Notes: generated by a model not told the origin, from the letters alone. DNA of 64,000 bases from Chiloscyllium plagiosum (GCF_004010195.1 NC_057719.1:62870085-62934084); one strand, 5' to 3'. Positions 11,290 to 23,040 are shown, counted from the first letter of the stretch. Program-made: numbers and translations.

Positions 11290-12046
11290 GTTTTTAAAAT
11301 TCTCTGAAATAATCTCCGACAGGTCTACACCCCTGAGATCTCTGCAATTGTCCAATTCAGGCCATTCTCACCTGGAAGCCTGGTGGAGGTAGGTTCGATA
11401 AAGGTATTCAAGATGGCACCGGATGAATATTTAAATAGTGGAAAAAAGTAGAAGAGTTTGGGGAAAAGACAGGAGAATGGCACTAAGTCATGCTGCTCAT
11501 TTGGAGAGGCAGTGCAGACACAATGAGCTGCATGGTTTTCTTGTGCACTATAACTTCCTGTGACTGATTATCTTTGCTCCACCATGGTCGTCTGTGTATT
11601 TGACTGGTTTAGTCCAAAGCTCTGGAAATTCTCTCCCTAAAACTCTCCTCCTCTATAAGAATCTCTCCTCCTTTGCTTAAGATAACCGATTATCGATATC
11701 TTAAGCAAAAGCAAAAATTGCTGGAAAAACTCAGCAGGTATGGCAGCAGCTGTGGAGAGAAAGCAGAGGTGACGTTTCAGGCCTAGTGACTCTGCTTCAG
11801 AACCGCCTTCAGAAGAAGGGCCACTAGACCTGAAACGTTAACTCTGTTTTCTCTTCACAGCTGCTGCCATACCTGCTGAGCTTTTCCAGCAATTTCTGTT
11901 CGTTTTGATTTCCAGCATCCATAGTTCTTGGGTTTTTTACTATTTTAATGTGGTTCAGTGTCAAATTTCTTTTGAAAATCGTTGTCAAGCTCTGTGGGGT
12001 GTATTTGCTGTATTGAGGCTTCTACATGAATGCAAGTTGTTGTTGA
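11290..12046 (+). mobile_element. L2-like LINE 3' end interrupted by a CR1 3' fragment (~11370-11560) and a palindromic element
   Basis: AAGCTCTGGAAATTCTCTCCCTAAA and terminal AATGCAAGTTGTTGTTG tail typical of L2-group 3' ends; similar piece near 56680-56830. Confidence 0.5.
11715..11940. mobile_element. Palindromic Penelope-derived mini-element (long inverted repeat)
   Basis: Arm AAATTGCTGGAAAAACTCAGCAGGTATGGCAGCAGCTGTG..CGTTTCAGGCCTAGTG pairs with CACTAGACCTGAAACG..CACAGCTGCTGCCATACCTGCTGAGCTTTTCCAGCAATTT (11715-11895). Confidence 0.8.
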
Positions 12047-12712
12047 CTAAATATTAGGAAGACTGAAGCCATTAATGTTTGATCTGTACTCCAAACTCTG
12101 TTCTGTAGCTGTAAGTTCTATATTTTTGCTTGGCAACAGCCTGAGATTCAATTTTTTCACAGAGATAGGACATGACCTCTGACCCTACTGTAGCTATCTA
12201 TATCAAAATTGTTTTGCTCAGCTGATAAACAAATTGTCAGGCGCAGTCCACATTATGGTTTCCCTGGTAACCACCTATGGCTGAGTTGTCTTGAATTAAT
12301 AAAACAATTGTAAATAGTACGGCCTGATGTATGTTAACAAACAACATCCATCATGATTCAACATGATGTGAGAAACAGCATTCTGCTTTATCTTGTACAG
12401 CTGCTGGATTGAAGATGATTTCCCAAACAGATTGCAGTTGGTCAAATCTTCTGTACAACAAGGTGACCAGGCAGCCCGTTTTACGTCTTATTTTAAACAA
12501 TAGAAATATGAATCAGGTGAGAGGTAAAGTTGGCTCATGACTTGCATTCACTTTTACCCTATTGGCCAGTCTTACCCCAATATTGCATGGGTTTTAGCCT
12601 CTTGTGTGTTGAATCTCAACACCATCTGGAGGCTATGAGGGTAAATAATATGGGAATGAGACAAATTGGATCCTTCCTTCAAAGAGGTGACACAAGGACA
12701 ATGAACCAATTG

Positions 12713-13325
12713 TCAGAATATTGAGTACAGGCATTGAGAGGTCATGTTGATGCTGTACAGGACATTGGTTAGGCCACTTATGAAATATTGTGTACAATTC
12801 TGGTTTCCCTCTTCTCCGAAGGATGTGGTGAACTTGAAAGGGTTCAGAAAAGATATTTACAAGGATGTTGCCGGGGTTGAAGGATTTGAGCTATGGGGAG
12901 AGGCTGAATAGTTTGGGGCTTTTTTTCCCTGCAGCGTTGGAGGCTGAGGGGTGACCTTATAAAAGTTTATAAAATCATGAGGGGCATGGATAGGATAAAT
13001 AGTCAAGGTCTTTTCCCTGGAGTGGGGGAGTCCAGAACTAGAAGACAAAGGTTTAAGGTTCGAGGGGAAAAATTTAAGAGGGACCTAAAGGGCAACTTTT
13101 TCACACAAAGGCTGTATAGAATGAGCTGCCAGAGGAAGTCGTCGATGCTGGTACAATTGCAGCATTTAAAAGGCACCTGGATGGGTATATGAATAGGGAG
13201 GATATAGAGGAATATGGGACAAGTGCTGGCAAATGGGACTAGTTTAGGGTAGGATATGTGGTCGGCATGGACGAGTTGGACCGAAGGATCTGTTTCCATG
13301 TTGTACATCTCTGTTATTCTATGAC
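12713..13325 (+). mobile_element. CR1 (HER1-like) 3' fragment
   Basis: ORF 12977-13192 MRGMDRINSQGLFP..GNFFTQR; ends in a CTATGA-type tail. Confidence 0.9.
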
Positions 13326-14179
13326 CGAATGGCCTCTTTCAATACTGCCATTCTATAAAGGGTTTAATGCAGTAACCAGAGGGTGCTTCTATTTGGGAGG
13401 TAATAATGGGACGACTGAGAAAACATTCACACTATACATATGTATAGTCCTCAACTCCTTTCCAAGCTTACAGATTGTAGAAAATTAATTCCGGTATAAA
13501 ATGGTTGTAGCCTGCAGCTATTAGCGGAATGACAAATTTTAATAGTCGTTAAGACTTTGGTTCTGAAAGCAGATACCTTGCTGATAGAAATTGTTAAATA
13601 TCTGAGTGAGTATAATTGCACTTAATGCAGTTAGAAGGGACCATTGAGTTTAAAATGCTGATAGTTGGCATTATGTGTGAATGTGCTACATCATGTTTAT
13701 TGGTGTAGTAAATGACATAAGTGATGACATTTATTATTTTGTCTATATAACTGTGGCTGATAAATCAGCAAAGTAGTGGTCTTCTGTGGAGCTACTTTCA
13801 GTTGTGGCAAGGTCAATTGAATTACTTTTGAATAAAAGTCACAGATTTCATTATAGCAGTAGATTTGGCATGTTGACCTTCTAGCTCTGCTGGCAAGGTT
13901 GAAGTGCAAAACCATTCTGATGGACCTCAGGGCAGCTCTCTTCCCCCTTCCTCACCTGGCCTCCAACTCCCTGCTACCTCCACATGCTGCCATTTTGCCC
14001 CCCACATTCTACTCCATCCAAAAAAATCCCATCTCTCTCTCTCTCTCTCAGACTATTAGATGTGAACATCATCAAACGTACTCCTGCTGGAAATGGTTTA
14101 ACAGCCGATTTGCCACTGAGGACTACACGAGCAGCACCTCCAGGTTGCACACTATCCACGCTTGTTGATGTTTCTTTGC

Positions 14180-15126
14180 AAATGAGCGTAAGAGGTATAG
14201 TTAGTAAGTTTGCAGATGACACCAAAATTGGAGGTGTAGTGGGCAGCAAAGAAGGTTATCTCAGATTACAATGGGATCTTGATCAGGTGGGACATTGGGC
14301 TGAGAAGTGGCAATTAGAGTTTAATTTAGATGTGCTGCATTTTGGGAAAGCAAATCTTAGCAGGGCTTATACTCTTAATGTAAGGTCCTAGGGAGTGTTG
14401 CTGAACAGAGAGACCTTGGAGTGCAGGTTCATAGCTCCTTGAAAGTGCAATCGCAGGAAGATAAGATAGTGAAGAAGGTGTTTGGTATGCTTTCCTTTAT
14501 TCTTCAGAGTATTGAGTACAGATGTTGGGAGGTCATGTTGCAGCTGTACAGGACATTGTTTTGGCCACTTTTGGAAAATTGCATGAAGTTCTGGTCTCTT
14601 TCCTATTGGAAAGATGTTGTAAAACTTGAAAGGGTTCAGAAAAGATCTACAAGGATGTTGCTAGGGTTGGAGGATTTTAGCTATAGAGAGAGGTTGAATG
14701 AGCTGGGACTGTTTTCCCTGGAGCGTCGGAGGCTGAGGGGTGACCTAATAGAGGTTTATAAAATTATGAGGGACATAGATAGGATAAATAGACAGAGTCT
14801 CTTCCCTAGGTAGGTGGAGTCCAGAACTAGAAGGCATAGGTTTAGGGTGAGAGGTAAAAGTTATAAAAGAGACCTAAGGGACAACTTTTTCACGCAGAGG
14901 GTGGTACGTGTATGGAATGAGCTGCCAGAGGAAGTGGTGGAGGCTGGTACAATTGCAACATTTAAGAGGCATTTGGATGGGTATATGAATAGGAAGGGTT
15001 TGGAGGGATATGGGCTGGGTGCTGGTAGGTGGGACTAGATTGGGTTGGGATATCTGGTCAGCATGGACAAGTTGGACTGAAGGGTCTGATCCCATGCTGT
15101 ACATCTCTATGACTCTATTGACTCTA
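14180..15126 (+). mobile_element. CR1 (HER1-like) 5'-truncated copy
   Basis: VSKFADDTKIGG; ORFs 14421-15038 KLERVQKR..RRLRGDLIEVYKIMR..NFFTQRVVRVWNELP; tail CTCTATGACTCTATTGACTCTA. Confidence 0.93.
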
Positions 15127-15377
15127 AATGCTTTGTCAGAAGTCTAGAATTGCCTGCCTACCAGTATTGTGAGAATGTTATCACCGCAAGTGGTTTGGGG
15201 CTGTGAAATGAATGAAGAATTGCTTGTTACCCACTACCTAACCTGCAATTTTGTTCCAAATAGCTCTAACAATCTCATGTAGTAATGTTGTCTTGGTACA
15301 TTGAGCATGAACTTCTCAATCAAGGGTTACTTGACTGGCACCACAGGTGTTGGGAGGTCATGTTGCGGCTGTACAGC

Positions 15378-15752
15378 CTCAAACATCCATTCCTTCCACC
15401 ACCAATGCTTAGTAGTAGCAACATGTTCCATTCAGAGGATGCACTGCAGAAACTCTTAAAGGCTGCTTCGACAGCTCCTTCCAAGCCCGTGACCACTTCC
15501 GGCTAGAAGGACAAGAGCAGCAGATATGTGGGAAGATCCCCACCAAGGCACACTCTGTCCTGACCTGGAAATATATTGTTGTTCCTTCATTGTCACTGGT
15601 CAAAATCCTGGAGCTTGCTCACTCTCTCTTACAGCATTGTGCATCTACCCACAGCCCATGGACTGCAGCAGTTCAAAAAGGCAGCTCATCAACTAGAGAT
15701 AGGATGCTGGCCCAGCCAGTGATGCCCAGATCCCATTTGTGAATAAAACAAA
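15378..15752 (+). mobile_element. LINE family B 3' fragment
   Basis: CTTCCAAGCCCGTGACCACTTCC..GGCAGCTCATC..GCTGGCCCAGCCAGTGATGCCC..GTGAATAAAAC, shared with 26470-26842. Confidence 0.75.
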
Positions 15753-16659
15753 ATACATTGACAGAAGGTAGTGGCAGCAATTTTACTGCATGGTGTGGTG
15801 AAGACTATGCGCATGCAAAAGATCCCACTGTCTTCTCTCTTTGGGAGCCTGTTCCTAATGTCAGGCAGCATTGAGCACCATTGTGTTTACCTTTGCAGAT
15901 TGGAGCCCACTCATGATGTTGACACCTGAGCTACAGTTTTAGATGAGTGAGGCTGTAGTGCTGCCCTGCCCTGTGAACAAAGGTGGTCCAACAGTGGTGT
16001 CCATTACAAAGCTAACTTTTCCAGCATTAAGGCGTTAGTTTCTGAATTCTTCTACCCAGCCCTTTCAGTAACACCTGCCTCAGCTCGGACCTTGGACTTT
16101 TCAGCACATCGAACTGGGTAGAAAAAAGTTATCCTCAATTCTGAGGGACAGACTAAGACGAAACCTGACAGAAAAGAGTTTGTCAGCCAGAAGAGAATAA
16201 GGAAGGTAAAAAGTTATTGGGACCCCAATGACCGAAAGATGAAGGAAGGCCCCTCTAACCCACAGGGCTGAGTTGCACCTCTCTTTCACAAAATTACCCC
16301 AACTCCAATCAGATTCATAGCTGTACTTCTTACCTTCTGCGTTTCCCTCCACCACCAGAACTAGCCCCCCTCCCCTCAAACCCACTAAATTCAGATTAAT
16401 CACAAGCAGATATTGGGTCTCTCTGAGGACCAATCCCACAAGTCCCTGGTTGCAGCCTCTCAAATTTGCAAATTCCACTCCCTCTGACTTCTCTCAGACC
16501 ATGAGAGTTAGAAATTCTTCATGGTCATGCTCCCTGACCTCCACGTCGCTGCCTGTTTTGGGAATCGTGTGCTCTCAGTACTTCTTTTAAGGCTATAGCT
16601 GCAGGACCACCATTCTGAGTAGAAGTATTGTGAGGGTTCACATAAGTAATCTCTGAAAA

Positions 16660-16995
16660 GATGGAGCTAACCTGTGATAATTGGCTGAGTAAATTGAGTG
16701 CATATTCTCTGAGGTTTCAAAGCACGAGTAGCAACCTCATTGAAACATGGACAATGAACAATACACTGTGGATATTTACAGCTTGGGGACATAGTCTAAG
16801 ATGAAAGTGGTATTGTTGAATGTGATGAGGAGAAATTACTTCATGTAAAGGATTGACAAAATATGTAATTCAACACTCCACAGGGTTGTTAACTGTTTTC
16901 CCCCGCCCATTCAGTTAATACACTTAAGTCTGAGACTGATTGTGAGTCTTCCAGGAAATCAAGGGATATGGTGAGTCAGTAGGAATATTAGTTGA
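16660..16995 (+). mobile_element. Old degraded CR1 3' fragment
   Basis: GAGTAGCAACCTCATTGAAAC..GATGAGGAGAAATTACTTC..AATCAAGGGATATGG. Confidence 0.55.
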
Positions 16996-17074
16996 AGTCT
17001 CCTGTTCATTTTGTTCATGTTCTAGAGTGGGGTGGCCTCAAAGTGAACCTGTAATGCTTTATAACCCAGTCTTG

Positions 17075-17275
17075 TGGCTTGGTTAGCTCAGTTGGCTGGA
17101 TAGCTGGTTTGCCATGCAGAGTGACAGCAACAATGTGGGGTCAACCCCTGCACCGCCTGAGGTAAACCATGAAGGAGTCTCCTCCTCAACCTGTCCCCTC
17201 ACTTGAGCCATGGTGACCGTCAATGGGAGAGCAGTCCCCTGGTCTGGTAAGACTACGGTGACTTTCCCTTTTATA
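17075..17275 (+). mobile_element. tRNA-derived SINE
   Basis: A-box GGTTAGCTCAGTTGG, B-box-like GGGTCAACCC, body ending GGTAAGACTACGGTGACTTTCCCTTT; sibling copy at 10830. Confidence 0.7.
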
Positions 17276-17719
17276 TAACCCAGGCTACTCCAGGTACCTG
17301 CAATAATCCTGATACTGGCAGGCACCCAAGGGCTAACTGGAACATTTGGGCAGGTTAGCCATTCAATGCCTGACCCAGCCTTTTGGAAAAGAAGGCCATT
17401 TTTTCAGAATCATGACAAGAAACTGGAACACTGGACACCATCAATGAGTTCTGTGCCTGCCAGCCTGCCTTAGGTCCCACCCCCACATCAACATCCTCTC
17501 CACTGATCCTGACTAATGTTAACATCCAATAACAGTTCATATTCCAAATGAGAAGTGCGAGATTGTCAAGTCAAATCATATCTTCCCAAAAAAAAGTAAC
17601 CTGAGGGAATTAGCACAGTCCATCATTCATTCTGATATTTCCGAATCTCTCTCAAACCACAAAAATCTTCAATATCTTTGAGACAAGAGAATTCGAAGTG
17701 ACGGACTCTGGGCAAACTG

Positions 17720-18427
17720 TTTGTATGTGATAAATGAATGCAAAATATTTTACTACTTTCGCAAAGAGGAATTGACGTTTAGGAGCTAAATACAATCAAA
17801 GTGATGTTTAAAAAATCCTCCCCAAGGTGGGACGTGTAAAAGTAAACAATTACTTCTGACAGGAAGCTAAACCTGAAGAGATTACAGTCAATAGCAGTCA
17901 TCTGAACAATGCATAATGTTAGCAGTTGGAATCTAAAGAACTTTTGCAGATGTATGTGTGCATATGCAACAGACAAAGTTGAAAAAGAAAGGAGATCAAG
18001 CTCAAAGTTAACACCAGGCCCTCTAAATTCTAGAGGGATCACCAGAAATAACCCCTGTTTTGGTGATGAATTGATGACAAATTGACCATTGTCTCAGGCC
18101 CAAATGTTCAGCTCTCCAATAGGACAAGAAGACACAAGACCTGAATCAATATGTATTTCATTTCAGCAGCAAACGAAAGACGTTTGCTCAAGCTATCTAT
18201 AATGTGAGTCTCGTGTTCAATTCTTCAACTGTTCATCGTACGTGTGTGTGTGTGTGTGTCTGGTATCTGTTCTCTGTTCACTGTGTGTGATTAGTGAAGC
18301 CTGACAGTGATCACTTCAGGAAAGGGCAGCTAAACTGAAGTAAGCTACAGTAAGCATGAGACCATTGAATAAAACTGTGTTTGCACCTACTCAAGATATC
18401 ATCTCTGCTTATCTCCAAGACATAACA
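17720..18427 (+). mobile_element. Possible solo LTR
   Basis: AATAAA at ~18368 followed by a ...AGACATAACA end (18427); internal (GT)n. The 5' boundary is a guess. Confidence 0.3.
18242..18259. repeat. (GT)n microsatellite
   Basis: GTGTGTGTGTGTGTGTGT. Confidence 0.9.
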
Positions 18428-18797
18428 CATGATGAGCATCTATACCAAATGGAAAGTGAAATAATTGAAACATCTTGTATGCTCTTTCATTCAGGCAATC
18501 AGTATTAATCTTGCAGAGGAATGTCAATTCTGTAAGAGGATATCAGACTTCCTTGTGCCTTTGTTTCTGCTTAATTTTGTTATTCTAAATAAGTAACACA
18601 GGCAGTCAAAGTTATAAAAGATTACATTATTGCTAGAAGGGGATAGTAAGACCAATGGTAGAGTCAGTTCTGATTGAACCTAAACAAGAAGTCATTCTAG
18701 GAGTTTGAGTAAAACATGATCTGAAATTCAGAAAGATTCACAATGGCAAAATGTACAGAGCAGTGTAACGGTGAAGCAGAAGCAGAGCGAGAAGACT

Positions 18798-19233
18798 CAG
18801 CACAGTAGCTCAGTGGTTAGCACTGCTACCTCACAGTGCCAGAGACACGGGTTCGATTCCAGCCTTCAGGTCTTGTGTCGTCTTGTCCTATTGGAGAGCT
18901 GAACATTTGGGCCTGAGAGAGTAAAACTTGCCTAACCCAGTTTTAAATGTCTGTGTGGAGTTTGTAAATTCTCCCCGTGTCTGCAAGGGCTTTCTCCGGG
19001 TGCTCTAGTTTGCTCCCACAGTCCAAAGATGTGCAGGTTAGGCGGATTGGCCGTGCTAAATTACCCTCAGAATCAAGGGATGTGCAGGTTCAATATATTA
19101 GCCAAGGTAAATGTGAGGTTGTGGAGATGAGGTGGGGGTTGGGCAGAATTAGTCTGGGTGGGATGCTCTTAGGACAGTCAGTATGGATTCAATGGGCTGA
19201 ATGGCCTGCTTCCGCACTGTAAGGATTCTATGA
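18798..19233 (+). mobile_element. HE1-type SINE with an internal foreign insert (~18865-18947)
   Basis: tRNA head TAGCTCAGTGGTTAGCACTG..GGGTTCGATTCC, central TGTCTGTGTGGAGTTTG..TCTCCCCGTGTCTGC, duplicated unit, CR1-like tail GGGCTGAATGGCCTG..GGATTCTATGA. Confidence 0.9.
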
Positions 19234-20004
19234 CTTTGCTTTTCAATTTGAAACCTTCATGTTTTCAGAAGAGTCCCACACACACAAAAAAAGTGCTTTT
19301 AACTGCCAGAACTTTGCATCAGTTACATTTGTTGACAACTAGAACAGATATGCAAATCAGTTAAAATTTGAGTCAGGTCAGAGCATGAATATTTCCTTCC
19401 TCTTCCATCCATAAATAAGAATATTTTTCATCCTCTGAAAATGTTACAAATAAAATTATTTTCTCTCCCAAGTAGGCAGGTTAATTCAAATGACAGTATT
19501 TTGATAGACTAAGGGTCCCCAAGATTACAAAATACTCAGAGGTATTTGAAGCAATCCCAGCATCAGAAAGCTGGGTATGTTTGATTTGTCCAGTGAGAAA
19601 TTCTAATGAACTTCCACTGTGCTTTTCTTCCTCAGTAAATTCCTAGTGGAAATGGCCCAAAATAAAGGAGACATTGATGGATTTTATGCGTTTGCACTGC
19701 TGGCATATTAATACCAGCCTGTTTGAGTATCAAACTGTGGATAAAATCTGAGCTATCTGTGACCAACACTGACATCTCCAATTTTGGAGCAGGTTTGCTC
19801 CCATTGCAAGAGCTGCCAAAGTTGTTCTTGACATCCAACTCCTTTGGAGGCTGCCAAGTGCAAGCAGGTCAGATGAATACAGGTCAATTGCAATAAATGC
19901 ACAGCTTTCTCTTAGGAAATCCTACTTTTTGACAATGTTATTCCAGTACTATGTATTGTATAGTGCACAGATAGTGTTTGTTAATTGATAATTTTAACAA
20001 TGCA

Positions 20005-20420
20005 AGAAATGGGAGTAGGTGGACATTATGCAACCTATTGCGTGTGCTCTACTATTCAATACGATTATGGCCAGAATGTTGGTTCAATTCCACTTTGTCA
20101 CCTGCTCTCCATTTGCCTTCACTTCCTGAGAGACTAACATTTGCCTAACCCGGTGTCAAATGTACTCGATGATGAGTGTCTACAACCTTCTGGGACAAAG
20201 ATTTTTTTTAAAATCCTTGAGTAAGTAATTTCCCTGTATCTCCATTCTAAATAATTGCCCACTTACCCTGAGACTGTGTCCCTCTATTTTGTATTCCCCA
20301 ACAAGTCTCTGTGTCTAGCCTATTGAACACTCTCAGAATCTTGTGTATTTCCATCAAATCATTCTTCTAAACTCCATGAAAGTATCAGCCTAATTCATTC
20401 ATACTTCCATCTGATAAATC
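20005..20420 (-). mobile_element. Old CR1 3' fragment
   Basis: AGAAATGGGAGTAGG..CTACTATTCAATACGATTATGGC..CCCTGAGACTGTGTCCC, same family as 7330 and 62845. Confidence 0.65.
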
Positions 20421-20654
20421 CTTCTGTGTCACATGAACAGGTTCACATTGTCAGGGGATAAGTAGTTTGTGACTGATTAGCATGATGACTGCAGATGGAG
20501 AGCATCAAGTGAACATGAAGTACCAGATAGACTCCATAGTGTCAGCTAACAACATGAGCTTCACAGACCTTTGTGAAATAGCTGCGGTTGGTGATCCACA
20601 AATGGAGCTCTCGAAAGGGAGGCGGTGGTGTAATGGAAACATCAATGGATAGTT

Positions 20655-21030
20655 CAAGCGACATAGTGGTAACGTGGTTAGCACTGCTGTCTCACAACCC
20701 AGGTTTGATTCCAGCCTTGGCGACTGTCTACGTGGAGTTTGCACATACTCCCCGTGTGTGCTTGGGTTTCCTCCCACAGTGCAGAGATATGCAGGTTAGG
20801 TGGATTAGCCATGCTAAATTGTCCCATAATGTCTTGGGATATGCAGGTTAGGTGGATTAGCCATGCTAAATTGCCCCTTAGTGTCTTGGGATGTACAGGT
20901 TAGGTGGATTAGCCATTGGAAATGTGGATTTACAGGGATAGGATGGGGGGTTGGGTCTGGGTAGGATGTTCTTCAGAGGGTCGATGGGCTGAATGGCCTG
21001 TTTTCACACTATAGGGATTCTATAATTCTA
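20655..21030 (+). mobile_element. HE1-type SINE with three 52-bp tandem units
   Basis: GTGGTTAGCACTGCTG..GGTTTGATTCC head; unit GATATGCAGGTTAGGTGGATTAGCCAT at 20786, 20838 and 20890; CR1-like tail. Confidence 0.9.
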
Positions 21031-22469
21031 CGGGAGTAACCCATAACCCCAGGTGAAATTTGAGTTCAATACAGATCTGCAATAAATAGCCACGTTGACC
21101 ACTGTTGATTTTCCTGAAAACATCAAGTCCTGGTGTTGGTCTTGAATCCAAACTTTCTGACTCAAGAGCCATGAGTGGTACCTACTGTGTGACAGATCCC
21201 TCTGTTGAGGTGATTGGATGTTACCTTGTTAGAAATGGTTATCATTGACAATGAAGTCACATGGATGTTACTTGACACCAGTCTAAGTTTAGATGTTGAT
21301 CAGGTCCTGTTTTAAAGCAGCCATTTAACTTTAAAAAAAAGAGATTGTGAATAAAGCTGAATATTGTGAATCAGATGCAAACACCACCACTACCTTGATA
21401 TCACAACAATGAAGCAGCTATTAATGGTAGAGTCAAAGATTCAATCATTATTGAATGTGTGGTGGTGGTGAGGTGTTCATCAGAAAAACATCAAGTTAGG
21501 TCATAAGATTTCAAGATGTCTGTTCCTTTGAGTTAGAAGTGTAACTATACAATATCTAGCCTTTGTATCTGTTAACACTGAATTGATGAAACTAGTGACA
21601 AAATGGCTGCGTTAGTATTAAGTCTTGCTTACTACTAACTATACAGGGCTTTGGCGAGACATTTTTTCTTGTAGTGTGTTTTAATAGCTAATCTTCTAAA
21701 ATGAAAGCAACTGACAACAGATCTCATAATTATGGCAACATCCAAATGTGCAGTATACAAATGTGTATCTCCAAACATTTCCTTTTTCATAAATTAAAGG
21801 TGTGTTATAATTTGCACTGACATGTTACTAACTATGCATAATAAAAATCAGCCTGTTTACTAATTCTAGTCAGTCCCACTTTTGTCAGTCTCTTTTAATA
21901 GCTAATTGTACTGTTGACAGTTTGTCTAGTATCTGCTCCTTCTCTACAGTCTCTGTTCCCATGATGAGTATATCACTGGAGCAAGATATTTGTCTTCCAG
22001 ATTCAATGCCCCTGCTAGGTTGATGACTTCCAGAGTATGTCAGGCTGTTATTGCTACTTGTTTGTTTTGAGTGATCATTCCTCCTTGTTCCATCCTGAAT
22101 ATAACTGCACATCCTTAAATAAGTGGAGTTTGCTTAATCTCCACTAACTAAAACTACAAATTTTCATCAATTCCATTGCTTTGGGCTCTTGGTTTCATTT
22201 GTCCTCTTGAAATGAGCATTATTTCATCACCTTTTTAAAAAAATTCCTGCTTGGGATATTGGTATCACAGACCAAGCCAGCATCTATTACCTATTCCTAG
22301 TTACCAACATTGCTGTGGGTTTGGAGTCACATGCATATCTGACTGGGTAAGAATGACAGATCTCCTTCCCCATTAGTGAACCAAATAGTGTCATAACATG
22401 GCTGAATGGCTTGAGTATCTATTTGTACTATTCATCCAGCACACTCAAAGCTAAGAAGTGATAAGAACA

Positions 22470-23040
22470 GTATGCTTTCCTTTATTGGTCAGAGTATTGA
22501 GTACAGGGGTTGGGAGGTCATGTTGCGACTGTACAGGACATTAGTTAGGCCACTGTTGGGATATTATGTGCAGTTCTGGTTTCCTTCTTATTGGAAAGAT
22601 GTTGTGAAACTTGAAAGGGTTCAGAAAAGATTTACAAGAATGTTGCCAGGGTTGGAGGGTTTGAGCTGCAGGAAGAAGTTGAATAGGCTGGGGCTGTTTT
22701 CCCTGGAGCATCAGAGGCTGAGGGGTGACCTTATAGAGGATTATAAAATCATGAGGGGCATGGATAGGATAAATAGACAAAGTCTTTTCCCTGGGGTGTG
22801 GGAGTCCAGAACTATAGAGCATAGGTTTAGGGTGAGAGGGGAAAGATATAAAAGAGACCTCAGGGGCAATTTTTTTCCACGCAGAGGTGGTGCATGTATG
22901 GAATGAGCTGCCAGAGGATGTGGTGGAGGCTGGTACAATTGCAACATTTGCTGGCAGGTGGGACTAGATTGGGTTGGGATATCTGTTTGGCATGGACGGG
23001 TTGGACCAAAGGATCTGTTTCTGTGCTGTACATCACTATG
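22470..23040 (+). mobile_element. CR1 (HER1-like) 3' fragment
   Basis: ORF 22472-22906 LYRTLVRPLL..KLERVQKRFTRMLPGLE..RLRGDLIE. Confidence 0.92.

Noticed and set aside
18798..18865. tRNA genes at SINE heads (also ~10830, ~17080, ~46675, ~56900)
   Set aside because: A/B boxes continue into SINE bodies and no complete cloverleaf is evident.
20786..20920. Regularly spaced repeats as a CRISPR-like array
   Set aside because: The 'spacers' are near-identical, so this is a tandem duplication inside a SINE; eukaryotic context and no cas genes.
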